From positions 36,704,001 to 36,768,000 of the forward strand of contig NC_045138.2 in the NCBI RefSeq assembly GCF_008831285.2: 64,000 nt of DNA, given 5' to 3'. This DNA comes from Nymphaea colorata. Its lineage: Eukaryota. The position numbers and the translations under genes were made by a program. Under the pieces are notes generated by a model that did not search any database, had not been told where the DNA came from, and saw nothing but the letters and a program-made list of their open reading frames with translations. This document shows, piece by piece, positions 39,460 to 52,836 of this stretch; position 1 is the stretch's first letter, and the number at the start of each line of letters is the position of its first letter.

Positions 39460-42400
39460 TCACAGCCCAAGCAAGATGTAGTAAAGCAGAGTGAAGGGGA
39501 GAGCGATCAGCATTCCGAAAATTACTCTGCAAATGTCAGTTAAAACAGCCAAATGAAGTGCAAATTAAACGGAGGCCTATAAATTCCAGTTCAAGCAAAA
39601 CTGAGACCATGAGGTAGAAGGTCAAAATACAATTCCAGCAGGAAAAATTCGGCTAGATTGATTAAATTACGTTACCCTGTGCTCAGTATGTCCGGATGTA
39701 CATTGTATTCTTTTGCAAAGACGAAGGGCACGATTCCTTGAGGAAGTGCAGCCTGTCATAGAGAAGGATTAGAGAGACTTCCCAGAAAAATTAACCAGTA
39801 GACAGTAGAATCAAAATCAAAGACACAATTCCAATACCATAGAAGACGATTTCACTCTAAAATCTTTTCCCCACGATGCTGTGTTTACATGTGAGCAAAA
39901 AGGAATTTTCAATTACCTGAACAATGGCAACATGTAAGAGAACACCTCGCAGGCCTACGGCTACAGATGCAGCAGCCATTACAGCAGGACCAAAGAAAAA
40001 TCGGACAGCCATGGCAAAAGTGGCAATCGTGTTTCCACATGCAATTATCCGTGGTTGAAGAGCCATAAACAAACCTAAAACGAGCGAAATTTGGTGCAGA
40101 CACAATATCAGATGTCAGAAGAACAGAACGAAGGAGAACGAGTAAATTACAGCTACAAACACAAGAAAGAATCGAGACAAATACCAAGACTGAACATGGC
40201 CATTCCAAGACCGGCATCAGAAAGTATAGAAATAGAACGGGCAATGACTGCAGGCATCTGGACGCCCCACCTGAAATTGTCGCAAAACAAGTTATCGATC
40301 ATAACATTCAACAAAGTAAGCATATAGAAGATGCAATGTCATTTAAGAGTTGAAACCTGAATGAGATCAACGACCAGGTCAAGCCAAGAAGACTAGAGTA
40401 AGTATTCGGATTCCTGATCAGTTTTCTCCAAACCATGATCAGAATAAGGCGTGTCATCACGCTCGCAGGTGGCATTGAAGGTGGTCTGGCATCTCCATCA
40501 TCAGCAGCCTTTGGGCGCAGCTCAGTTCTAGAACTGGTGCCAAATTTAGAGAAATTTGGACCATCTCCATCCCTCGACACAGATTCACCACCATTAGTAA
40601 CAGGTGCATTTCCGAAACTGAACTCATCACGACCATAATCCTCATAATTTTCAATAGTAGTCTCTGCCCAGTTTGATGAAATGACGAATTAGTTATACAG
40701 AAACTAATTTCCAATCGGAACTGAGTAATTACAGAAGCTCGACAAGTTGGAAATTTTCAATCAGAACGGAGAGGCAAACATGCTAATTCTCCACCAAATT
40801 TAAAGGCAAAGTTGGTAGTGAAAAGTAATCGGAGGGAGAAATTTGGAACGCTGAGAAGTGCAGACATATGCAGCAAAAGAAGCGCAGTTTGGACGCTAAG
40901 ATGCCATTCGTGTCAGAAGAATGTAGACTGAAACTGTTAAAGTGAATCAGAAATTTGGACGAATTCCAAACCCACTCCGACTCCCACCAATTCCCTTCTG
41001 GGGAACTTTAACATAATAAAGTAAATAGATATATACATAATTAAATGCAAGCATCTAGGGAAAAAGGATCAGGAAAAGAGAAGAGTGGGCAATATCAGTA
41101 TTCAGGTCTCCACCAGAGCAGACAATCGAAAAAGGCAGCCAGACAGAAAGTAAAAAGAAAAAGTGGCTGGTAAGAGAAGTAGACCAAGAACTGGACCGTG
41201 AATAGAAGACAAGAACACAACCTAAACTCAGAAGAAGACAAGATGCAGACGTAACTAAAATTACTTTTACCCAAAGAACAACAGAGAAAATCGTAGTCCA
41301 AAGTTGACGACATTCCTTGAAGCGTCAAAACTTCACACACACAGAGGCACGCACCCAGCCACACGCACACACGTGAAAGAGAAAGAGGGAGGACTAGCGG
41401 CTTAAAGAAAAACTAGATGAGTAAGAACAACAACTAAGGAATGCTGTAAGTCATATGAGCAGAGAGAATTCAGAAGAAACATATGTAGGGTAACGCTAAC
41501 AGCAAAGTATAAGCAGGAAGTAAATAAATCAATGACTTACCTCTTCGATTATAGTGAAGGTTGTGATGGTGAAGATGATTGTGGTGATACTGTGGCTGAT
41601 GATTCTGATACTGGTGATTGGGTTGATTTACCCCCACCTTCACCTCTTCACTCCCTCCGAACTCCCCTCGGAACACGTTCGAAGCCGCTTCGGAAACCGG
41701 AGACGCGCTCGAGCTCCACACGAACATATGGAGATCCTTCGTCCCAGCTGGCGACACCATAGCCGGAAACCCACCACTACCGTTCATTCTACCAACAAAT
41801 CCACCCTCCTCAGTTGCCGGAAAGCCGCCGGCGCTCGCGCAAAACTCCCCCTTGTTGAAACTCGACCCTCTCGGCGTCGGATTCCGGCTCGATTGCAACG
41901 AGTATATCTCCGCGTTCGTCAAATTCGACGGCCTCGGTGTGGGTATGATTACCCCAGCGCCGCCGGACCTCCGGGAAAATATTTCCGAGCACGATGAAGC
42001 CGATTTACGGACTGTAACATGGATCTTTCCGTCGTCTCCTATCTCTGCGTCGGCCATCAACTGGTCTCGGCCGCTGAGGGAGGCGACGTCGGTGTCCACC
42101 TTGAAGGAGACGATACTGGCCGCATTGTTCGGGAACTGCTCACCGATGAGAAGGCGGGCACCTCGGTACTCGAAGAGGAAAAGCAAGAGGGTGTACCATA
42201 TGATGCATTGGAGGACGACGATCTGCACCATGAGGCTGCCGCTGGAGGCGCCATACATGCCCTTGAGGAGAGGGATGCCCATGACGAGGGTGTTGGGGAG
42301 GGTGGAGAGGGAGAAAAGGGTGACGGCCCATTCAAGGGAGGCCCTCTTGCTCAGCCTGCACCAGAGGACGAGAGCAGCAAGCACCATGAGCTTCTGGAGA

Positions 42401-42627
42401 GTGTCCGCAAGGATGAAGCGAATGTTCATGGCGTAGGGGTCGTTGGTAGCAATGAAGTGGAAGGAGAGGAGGGGGACGGCGAAGAGGGCGACGAACCGGT
42501 TAATGCCGGAGCACTGGTCCGGCGAGAAGATCTTCCACCATTTAACCGAGCCGTATGCCAGGACCATCGCCACGTAAAGCGGCACCATGGCCGTCATCAC
42601 GTGATAGAAATCCGCCGCCGTGATCAT
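39460..42627 (-). CDS. PIN: Long (canonical) PIN auxin efflux carrier, PIN1/SoPIN1-type, 593 aa
   Basis: Exons 42627-41541, 40663-40357, 40270-40185 (86 nt), 40074-39917 (158), 39752-39676 (77), 39526-39460 (67); the last four sizes are those typical of PIN genes; 1782 nt in frame. [21 protein letters not shown]..., [45 protein letters not shown]. Confidence 0.96.
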
Positions 42628-42885
42628 CCTGGTCCGGTAGCCTTTCGGAGCTCCTGTCCTGGCGGGAAGGAAATCGCACAGAGGGACTATGGACTCCCCA
42701 GATGAAGAGACGAGGCAAAGAAGACAAAAGGTCGTAGCTTACGAAAAACGCTTTTCCAGACAAAATAGGTCGTTTCCCGGCGTCTTCTTTTTTGAGCGGC
42801 AGGTGGAAGCTTCACCGAACGCCAAGTAGGAAATGATGCAAGGAAGGTAAGCTAGACGGCGGTTGCCACGGAAGCTCGTCTAGGC

Positions 42886-42954
42886 CGACGTTAGGCTTTT
42901 TTCCGGCTCAGGCGATGATGACGACGTTAGGCTTTTTTCCGGCTCAGGCGATGA
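42886..42954. repeat. Tandem duplication with 36-bp period upstream of PIN
   Basis: CGACGTTAGGCTTTTTTCCGGCTCAGGCGATGA twice. Confidence 0.92.
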
Positions 42955-45900
42955 GGTTCAGAGGATCGAAGACGACGAACCAGTGGAAAGAACTAAGATT
43001 GGCAAAAACCAGGATGAAGTTAAAGACAAAGCAGGTCTTATTGAAGTAACCAACTTGACGATAGTAGAATCCAGATAGGTTACCAGGGAAAGAGTTCTGA
43101 TTCGCGGGAAAAACATTGAAGAAAGGCAACGGTACGCTGCGACCACGAAGCGACGGGTGACACTTGACTGAGCGCTTTTCGGATGCCTAAAATTATACGG
43201 ACAAGGAAAGAATTCTAGTTTGCATTGCATGTGTGTGTTCATACAGAACCATGGTGGCAGGTTGATGGAGGAAACACAGCCTTCTACGAAGAACTCGACA
43301 TTTTCCGACAGGCTCGTGCCGGAAAACCTACTGAAACCTTCGAGTGATGCGGATGCCTGTGAAGGCAAGCAGGTTCCTGTGTCTCTCGACAGAGGACGGA
43401 AGGGAGTCGTGGAGGTTTTAAGGAGTTCTTCAATGGTTTGGTCGGACAAATGATGAGCAGCCGTTTTGAGTACTTCAGTCAGTAAATGGACTGAGATTGA
43501 AAGAAAGGATCGAATTCTTCCTTTTCCCTTCTCACCGCCTGGCAGCTAACTGATGGTAACTGCAATAACTCGATCATAGTTTTCCATTTCAGATTTTCAG
43601 ACCAAAAAAGAAAATTCTGCAACTTTATTTTCTAAGGAATTAGCTCTCAACTCTTACCCCTTTTCAGGTCGTCTGGTAACTGCAGGTTTTTCTGTGCTGT
43701 TTATCACCATTAAGGAAAACTAAAGTTTTTGGTAAAGAAAGTTCTGAACTTCTATTTGTACAGTAATATCCCTTCGTCAACGGTCTATTTTGGAGTATTT
43801 ACTGTAAAACAATTTGGGACAATATGATCAATCAGCGAGGGTAGTCTCGAATATTGCCGATAGCAGAGAATGCGATCATGGTCATCATTTTCTGAATCTG
43901 GAATTCGGCCGCTTCGCAGTAAACACCGGCGGCTCTGAACATCTTGTCACCGTCTTTTTCTCTGAATCATCCGACCCTTCTCTCTCTTTATTATTTCACC
44001 TCGCGACTACCATCGCTTTTCTTTTTTCTGATCTGCTGCCAGTTTTCTCTAATATTCTATCAAATACGTGACCTTTGAACTTCTTTTTCGGCACCAACAC
44101 TGTTGCTCTTTCTTAGAATGGTAATCACTTTAACTACATGAATCCAACTTAATGAGTACTGCTAGGGTCTTAAAAATATTTGAGTTAGTAAATATGTCAA
44201 ATGATTGATTTGTACTAGGTAGTCACAACAATTTAATTAGTGATTTATAAGATTGTAAGTGCAAAGTTTTTTTTTTTCAAGTGAAAGTGTAAGTTTACGC
44301 AGAATACCAAATCATTACTTAAACTCGTTTCATTTTACATAGTTTTTTTAATCAACATCGGCGTGAATCAGGGTCTATTAGTCGTTCTCACCAAGTAAAT
44401 ATGTTTTCAAGTATCGATTGATAGATTAAAAATACAAATTGGCCCAATTCAATTCGGTTCAATAGGTAGAAAACTAAACTGGGTATAGCCAAAACTTGCA
44501 GATTTAAGAACCTTAATTTTTTTTTTGCTTTTTGCAATGTATATTGTTTTGGTACCAAGGTGCCAAACCTGTCGCCCATTAGTCCGGCTTGTGAATGTCT
44601 TGGTTTTATAATTATAAGGGACCAATCAATGCAGTCATGTATACACAAATGATTGGTTGTGCTTAACACTTTTGAAGATAAAGGATGGTAAGAGCCCAAC
44701 ACTTGAGTGCATTTATTGATATAATTTCGTAAAAGTCTGTCCGCCAAACTCCAACTTGCAACAACAAATTAAAAATTTTGGGTTAGGTATGTATGAATCA
44801 TTCATTCTAAGGCCGCGTTGAAATAGTTATTGCTATGAAACTAAAAAAATATTTATCCATTGCGCACGAGCTTTTGTTTGGATTGATAAATCGTACAATA
44901 AAACATAGTGAAATTCGTAGTTAAATGCACACAAAAGAGCAGATACCAAGTACAAGCAAAATTTGTAGTAGCCGCCTTGGATATGAACAAACAACTCATA
45001 TCAGAGATACCAAATGTGATTTTAGCATAGAATCAAGTTTTTTAAACTAGTATTTACATTAGAATCGAGTTCTTAAGACTGTCTTAGTTACACCCACAAA
45101 GGCCAAGAGAGAACAACTCAATCAAGACCCTGACTCTTGTGTGTGAGTGTGTATATATATATATGTATGATCTAAAATAGCCAAAGACTTGATCAGGACC
45201 CACCAAGTGGATCCAAAAAAGCCAAATTCTTTTAGACTATGTGACCAAATTTTGAAGACCAAATAGAAAAAACTGGTTTTGGGACTGACTTTTTAAAAAG
45301 GAAAAAGAAAAACACGTCTTGTTTCTGCTCACAAAAGGAGAGAACATAAACCCTAAGACCATTTGTACCCATTAGAAGAAACCCTTAAAATCAGGAGGAA
45401 AACAAGCTCAAGATACCTGTCCCAATAATTGTGTTCATCCATCCGTTCATATATTGGATGATCCTTTTCATTCATTCATTCATTCTGTCGAATAAAAATT
45501 TATTTCTTTTCATCTTCTTCTCCTCTCGAGGAGTGGAATGCAAAACCTATTACGACTAACACCTACTTTTAATTACGTGGTGACTGAGTGGACTCCCCAG
45601 GTAATGAAGTAATCGAAAATCTGCCCAATGGTACATAATTATGTTATATTTGAATCTTAAGTAGAAAAGTTGTGATATGATGTGTGATTTTAAAGAAATC
45701 ATTCCAAGTTTACGGCTTTGCTAAATAAACTCAAATTCCAAGGAACACTTTATTCTGGTAAAGTTTCATTTTTTTACTTACTTTTTCAGACTGGAAAAGA
45801 AAGCTCAAGATAAATATTCCATTCTTCTTTCTAATCTTTTCTATTCAGGGCATAGTCAAAAGATGCCTTTTAGTGACTGACAGACTTTTCCTTCACCCAC

Positions 45901-46301
45901 ATTGAAAGCCGTAGTTGAAAAATACAGAAAAGGCACAGCTTTCTCTGGTTTTCCATTTGTTTAAACCTTGAGTAATTGAAATCAAATGATGATCATTTTG
46001 CGTCCTTGAAAATCACATAGTTTGATCAACTAACACGAACAGACTCACTGGTTCGTGTCCACACTTGCTCATTGGAGTTTAATAACTTCGGCTACGTTCG
46101 CTTACCTCACGTCTAAAACCCCCTCCCCTGCCATTGTTCTCGAATAGATCTTAGATACGAAGGTTTTGCTACTCAAGATTCATGGTGCAGAAATCCTCTC
46201 CATTTGTTTAAAACAGTAAGTATCATACTCCGCGACTGGAGTTCGTATTAGCAGATAAATGAGTAGTATAATGATGTCTAGCTAAAAAACAGCGATACTT
46301 T

Positions 46302-46455
46302 GGGGTTGTTTGGTGACAGTAATGGCTTGTTATCAAACTACGAATCTGCGCCGCCGATGATTAGAGCAACTTAGTAGAATACGATAACATAATGTTTCAT
46401 AAACCTGCCTCAATTTATGACCAATAACAAGTTCTACCTCTTGCCAAACACTCCC
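46302..46455. mobile_element. About 155-bp MITE-like element
   Basis: GGGGTTGTTTGGTGA versus TTGCCAAACACTCCC imperfect terminal inverted repeats. Confidence 0.45.
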
Positions 46456-47719
46456 TCAATGTAACTTTTAAGAGGTAAATACTATGCAAAGTAATAAATA
46501 GTTAAGAAATATTAACATGTCAATAAGCTACTTTATACGAGTCAATAATCATACGAAGCTTGGCAGTTCCTCTGCCACTCACTGTATATGAGTCAATAGT
46601 CTCATGAAAAGGAGGTCAGACTCAGCTCAATAACGCAACCAGTTTGCTTGTCCTGGAAAATTCATTAAATTAGGGATTAAGTTTTAGCATTTTATTATGT
46701 CAAACACTGTGAGGATTACATTTTTTCTAACCCAATTTTGTAAAATCTATGTTTTATGAAAACCAAGTTTTTTAATGAGTTTTTTTGAGGTGACACGTTT
46801 AAAAAACCTAAAGGAAACTTGCATTTTCACTCCTTTTTACAAAACCAGGTTTCTTCAATTTTAAAACCCAATTTTGACGGTACCCAAAACATTCCAAGAA
46901 GCTAGCTTTAAAAGTAAAACCAGGTTTTAGAGTGTCACTTGGACGTCCCTTATAAGTTTAATATGTTGCTATTAAGCATGAAATTTTTCAGCTTTTATTG
47001 GGCATGAATAGAAATTCTTAGACGAGTTCAGGTATAATACTGATTTATGAATTGATCGAGCTTGGTTTCTATTTTGTATCAAGACATGATGAGTGAAGGA
47101 TTAGAAATGCTAAGGTCATTTTACTAATCCCTTTGAATAGATTATAGTACAATTTTATTTATTTTTTTCACTGTCATTTATTCGAAATTTGATCTGAAGA
47201 AATGCTGCCAGATTTGAAAAGCCTCTTTTGCAGATGGAATAATGAAAGGCACAATATATTTTTAGGTTTTCAGGAGAACGACGAGTGGGGAAACTGAAAA
47301 GCAGCAGAAGAAAGAAGTTATTCTTAGTGGTAATGGAATAAAACATAAACAAATGGTACGGTTCAAAAAAACTTCCACCTTTTAAGGCGGCGCCGCCTGC
47401 AAAAGGACGAACTAATTATCAACCGCACCCTATTTAAAAAACAGATTTAGAAAAAGCCTTAAATCAAGACATCGTCCAAAATAGTAAAATGTTAAATAAA
47501 AAGAACAAATCTCACCGTCGTTCGTTGCTTAATTTATTACGTTCATCTTATGAGTTACCGATGATTTTTACTGTTACATGGAAGTAGTTCCCGTTTTTTC
47601 ATAATGCTCCCAGTGAGCCGAAAGTTTTATCTTACCGGTCAAGATATATATATATATGACTTTTAAATTCCAATTCTCTATATTTTGGTTTTTTTACGTT
47701 ACCTCTATAAAATATATTA

Positions 47720-48011
47720 TGAATGTCAACGGGTCCGAATCAAATCGGACATACTTTTAACCATCTTTTTTTTTTCCAGATATTTATATGTTTGGATTTG
47801 AATATAAACTAAGAAAAATCACGTCTTAATTTGAATATAGAATTCGATTCACAATCCGAATTTGGTTTTTGTATTCACATCCAAATTTGAATCTCAATTT
47901 TAAACCTTTCAAAACGTAAGGGCATTAGGTATAGGACATTTATTTAAGCTAAATTCAATCCGAATGTGAATCCGATTACATTTATCGGAATTTGATCAAC
48001 TGTTACCTCTT
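47720..48011. mobile_element. Degenerate hAT-type MITE remnant
   Basis: Begins ATGTCAACGGGTCCGAATC, carries several ATCCGAA/ATCCAAA subterminal-type repeats, ends TGTTACCTCT. Confidence 0.35.
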
Positions 48012-48075
48012 AAATATAATCATGGTCCAAATTTTTAGCTAGATATTTTTTTTTTCATGTCTGTTTTTTTTTACG

Positions 48076-48377
48076 GTTTGGTCAGATATATGATCCAAAT
48101 TGAATAAATTGTCTTCTCCACGTAAAAGCGAGAAAAAATGTTTGGTCAGATATATGATCCAAATTGAATAAATTGTCTCTCTCTCCACGTAAAAGCGAGA
48201 AAAATTAGTGGAGTACTTGACTGAAGGAGATTTTCATCTCAAAAGTAGATCCTTGAGATTGGAAGACCTCAAAAACTAACAACCTGTTTGGTGGAAGGGA
48301 AAAAAAAAGGAAAGTTAATTGACGTGGTTGTTTGGATGGAAAAGGAAAGTTAATTGACGTGGTTGTTTGGATGGAAA
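48076..48377. repeat. Two adjacent tandem duplications (64-bp and 35-bp periods)
   Basis: GTTTGGTCAGATATATGATCC...CGTAAAAGCGAGAAAAA twice; AAGGAAAGTTAATTGACGTGGTTGTTTGGATGGAA twice. Confidence 0.9.
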
Positions 48378-50760
48378 CCTCCCAGCAATGCTGATCATAA
48401 TAAATGTGACCACATTGGCCACAAAATTCATGTGGTGCGTGTTCATGGACATCACACTTTCCAGAAGAATCTATGGAAAGGCATTATGACAGTGGTCGAG
48501 CCAGAAAATTTTTGGTAGAAGAGTCGCGACTAATTTGAATATTCGTACATGGTAAAATGGCTGTGAAGGCAATTTAATAAAACAATGAAAAAAAATATTA
48601 AAAGCTAAGATTTAAGAACCGAGGATCAAGTAAAATTTAGTTATTCTAATTCTAATTACCTTCTCCCTCTCTTTTCGTATGCATGTAAATATGATTTATA
48701 AATGCATGGACCGAGTACATATGAACAAATTCGATTGTTGATTGAAAAAGTGTCACATGTAAGGCCCTTTAGAGGGCGTCAGCTCCTCTGTTTCCTTTAA
48801 TGGTTATCAAGTTTCTTTCATGGATGATCACCCCTCATTTTTCTTAACAAGAAAGGGAGACTGGTTCATATTCTTTGGCATCAAGTAAAGCAAAGATTTC
48901 AACAGGAGCTTGGTGGTATGCCCCAACTACCTCACCAAAGGATCTGCACCAACTTCCTCACCTCCTGGCTCGGCTCGGCTCGATTCGACTGGGCTCGGCG
49001 TAGGCCGGTGCATAGGAGTTTTGAAATCTAGTGCCGCTGTTTACTTTCTTCATTGAAGAGCATGATGTTCTCTTATTCCGTTTTACGAAGATCTTGTTGT
49101 TAGGCCGTCTGTAACGAGAAAATGATATAGCAGATGCTCGATTTTGACATTCGCGGTCTAAATTTGTCGACGATTTTGCTGTTTTTGTCTATTGCCTCGC
49201 TTTTGATTCCATATCTCTCTCTCTCTCTCTCAACCTTCTTCACTGACTTAACCTATGGTACCCTAGCTCTCTAAGCTTATACCTCATATTTTTTTTTCTT
49301 ATAAAAGAAGTCGATAAAACTGGAACCTCAATTATTTGTCGAACATTTGTGGCCTACCCCTAGCACACCTGTGCAAATCTAATGGGGGTTGTGGATCTAT
49401 GGAAGATCAAAATGCCCAATCTGAAATCCACATATTAGAGAATTGCAAAGGAGTTGAACTTTATGAATCTTAGGTCCAACTAAGGGAAGTTTCACGAAAA
49501 TCTTCGTGGGGTTGACTAGTTAAATTCTATCGAAAGAGGGAAAAATAAACTATTTCATTAGTTTTCTTTAAAGAATAAGCCAGATTCATGAAACACACTA
49601 TAATTGTGATGTTCAATGAATCTACCTTACATTTTAAGGTAGATTCGTTGAATACTTTGTTTTTGTTTCCATTGTCAACGCCGCTATATATATATATATA
49701 TATACATGTGTGTGTATATTTTAAATAGTCATAGCTATCAAGGAATTGAAATTGCTTTCGATCTAAGCAAACATGGCCTTAGAGAATGTTTAATTCCTTG
49801 TCCTAATAATGCTAGAAACCAAACACTTTGTCTTAGTAACTGGGCATCACTCAACACGCGCCATTTTCAGCTCATGTTTGCCTCGAGTGGGACAAACGGT
49901 CCATGCCGAGGCTTTAAAATGATGAACACGATATTAGAAACACTTGGTTCTTGTCCCTTTTTTGTGGCAAACATGCTTGAACACAACATGAGAAGAAAAC
50001 GCGAAATTAAGGGGAGAAAAATATATATCTAAAGATACGACAACAGTAATATCCAGTTTGTAAGTCAGTAAAGCTGAACTTCGATCAAGCAGATTGAGGA
50101 TTCAAATTAACTGTGGATAGGACGACTAACATTAAGTGTAATATCATAATATTTGTATCTAGAAAAATTACTATAAACAAAATACGACCCTTAGGCTTGT
50201 CACGGGGACTTAATATTAGGCAACAAAACATTCAATGATAGCTAGGTTCGATTCTTATGAAAAATAAAGTCGACGAGAGTGGGAAGAGGCCGCCACCGCA
50301 GTTCCATTTTTCCGTCGAGCGGATTCCCACAGGACAAAGGAGCTTCGGCCGTCGGACGGAGTAATGTGTCTAACCCTTTTCTCCGTCGGAATCAGGTGGA
50401 CGGCTGACGTACTGCGAGAGAAAAGCAGCCGCAGTTAGCAGTGCAGTCGCCGGTGGAGACGGGCAAGAGTGCACGGCACGAATTGGCGGGTGTAGGCGGG
50501 AGAAAATATAAGGGCAAAATGGGAACGACGAAAAGATGAAGGTCGCCTGTAATTTCAGCCGTTCGATTGAATCCGATCGAACAGCCCATTATGTCTTAGC
50601 ATCCCACGGGATTTACCTGTTACTCCCACAGTAAGGGCTTGATATATAGGACATTTCTCGGTCAACAAGCAAGTTCTCTTAATTCTATTGCTCGAACCTC
50701 AACAACCATACCAGAAGGCCGAGACGGACCAGAGCCGAGCCGAAGGAGCCAAGCCACGCC

Positions 50761-50837
50761 GAGAGAGAGAGAGAGAGAGAGAGAGAGCAGCTCATCTACC
50801 CAGAAGAACGCGTGCAAACGAACGCCTCGCATCCTTC

Positions 50838-50875
<38 letters not shown>

Positions 50876-51029
50876 CGCTCGTCTGCAACGTTTTTCCTCT
50901 CGAGGGGGGCCCTGATTTCGGTCCCCCTTCATTTATCCCCTTCCCCTGGTTTTTGTTCAATCCAATTCCTCTGTCTATTTATTGAGGAATAGTAGCAAGC
51001 ATACCATTCATCACTCCTTGACTCGCGAG
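50761..51029 (+). promoter_or_regulatory. Putative HMGCL core promoter and non-coding first exon with (GA)n and (CT)n tracts; probable 5'UTR intron to about 52770
   Basis: CpG-rich stretch, (GA)n at 50761-50787, (CT)n at 50840-50872, candidate donor GAG|GTAGTT near 51029 and acceptor TTCAG at 52770. Confidence 0.5.
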
Positions 51030-52836
51030 GTAGTTGGGGGTTAGTCCTTCCTTCCTCGCGAATTCCGTCTTAGGTCTTCTTCTCTTTGCTGCTGTAGATC
51101 GATTTGTCTCGAATTTCTAAATTAATAATTATTGGATTGAATTTTTGTCTTTGGATTAGTCTTGATTGATTGGTTGCAGGGTTCTTGTTGAGGATTACTG
51201 GTTTCCCGTGGAATTCGTTTGGGTTATGAATTTTCCTCGGCCTCTAGGGTTTTGTGCAGTTGCCTAATTCCCTTTGCTTTTCCTCTTGGCTCCACAGGGA
51301 ATTCTTTTACGTGTTGCTGGGTTTGCCGATGATGCAGATTTTACTGGACTTTCAGTGCCTTGTAATGTTCTTTAAGTGGGTGATGCGGGTGTCGGTGGTT
51401 TGCGATTGTGGTAGACACTAATGTGAAAAAGTGAACCTTTAATCATATCCGATTAGATCAGTCTTTTCATTTTAAGACAAAGTTGAGCTTTGTGCATCCT
51501 GCGGACTAGGTGTTCTTCTGGCTTTTTATACATGTTATGGCTTCAGTATGGATTCAAATTATTCGTAGAAGCAGTCAGTGGCCGGGTAGTGGTCCATAGG
51601 GAGTATTGTAGCTCGCTCGATAATCGTAAATGTAGATTATCTTTTGTTAAGAGCTACAATTTTTGTGTTAGATATTGAACAAACTTTGGGATTCAATGAT
51701 TGAGCTGGAAGAAGAATGGTGGAATTGTACTAATTTTGTGGGTTAATGTCGAATTATTCTGGGACTGTGACTTGATAGGAGGCAGAGAAACGGAGATGGC
51801 TTTTCAGAATATTCTATCTCCAAGACAAAATAAACAAATTTGTGATTTGGTTTTGCAAGGATTGAGAAAACCGGTCAAGTAATTTTTGCCAAAACAAGAT
51901 GGTTGTTGGCATATATCTTAGGTCATATACTTCAGTCTTCGTTGGTCTATCTAGTGACAAATTCACAAACTTTACCATTTCTGGGGCTTCAATGTGTGCA
52001 TACTTATATTCGTATAGTAAATGCGTTCAACACTGAAAAATGTTAATGAACTTACGTGGAGGATTTACAAGCTAAAATGGTGGCATAAAACAAGATCATG
52101 AAGTGATGTTTGCCGAACAGTACGTATCTGCGTGCCCTGCAGCTTTAAAGTGCAAGAACCCTCCAAATGTATATGATCTTAGTCAGGCGTTTGAGAAGGA
52201 TCTGGTGGCAACGTCCTTTAATCCTCTAGCAGGGGCAGGTGGAGAGGAGGCATTTGCATAGACATTTTACATCTTCCTTTTAGTTCTATTTTTTGTGTTC
52301 TTTATTATTCTATAAGATCATTCTCATTGTGTTAAACCAAAGCTAAAAGGTCACCCATGGCTAATATGTACTTATTTCTCCATATGTACGTCCATTTCCA
52401 ATTAATTTACTTTCCCAGTTTTGAAAACTCATTTCCAGTTCTCTTGGTTTTGAAGTTATTTTAGTTCCTCCCTGCTGTTTACTAGTTTATTCTCCAATAA
52501 TTGAGCTCTGCAGCATCTAATGATCAAACCTCTAGCTTTTGACTAAGATCCTTCTTTGTCAGGTTGTTGCTTATGGTTTTGTCATCAGATTGTTACTCTT
52601 GTGAAAATAACCTTCTCGTGCATAAAACAGTAAAACCCTTATTGTGTTTTTTTCTCTTTTAATGTTGCATGAATCTTCATTCATGTGCATTTGCAATATT
52701 TTTTCTTTGTCTTAGTAAAATAATTTGGAGATTTATTCCTATATTCATGTAAGTTCCTTTGTAATTCAGGTATACTCTTGAGATGGGAGGGAATCTATTT
52801 TATTAGGTGGTTCGTTGTGATCTGCCATCTTCTCTG

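Noticed and set aside
41532..42705. Long + strand ORFs (147-228 aa) over PIN exon 1
   Set aside because: Antisense shadows of a GC-rich coding exon; no recognisable domain.
42958..43449. 163-aa minus-strand ORF upstream of PIN
   Set aside because: Non-ATG start and no domain recognised; treated as promoter or leader sequence.
42886..48377. Short direct repeats as a possible CRISPR-like array
   Set aside because: Eukaryotic context, only two copies each, no unique spacers and no cas genes.
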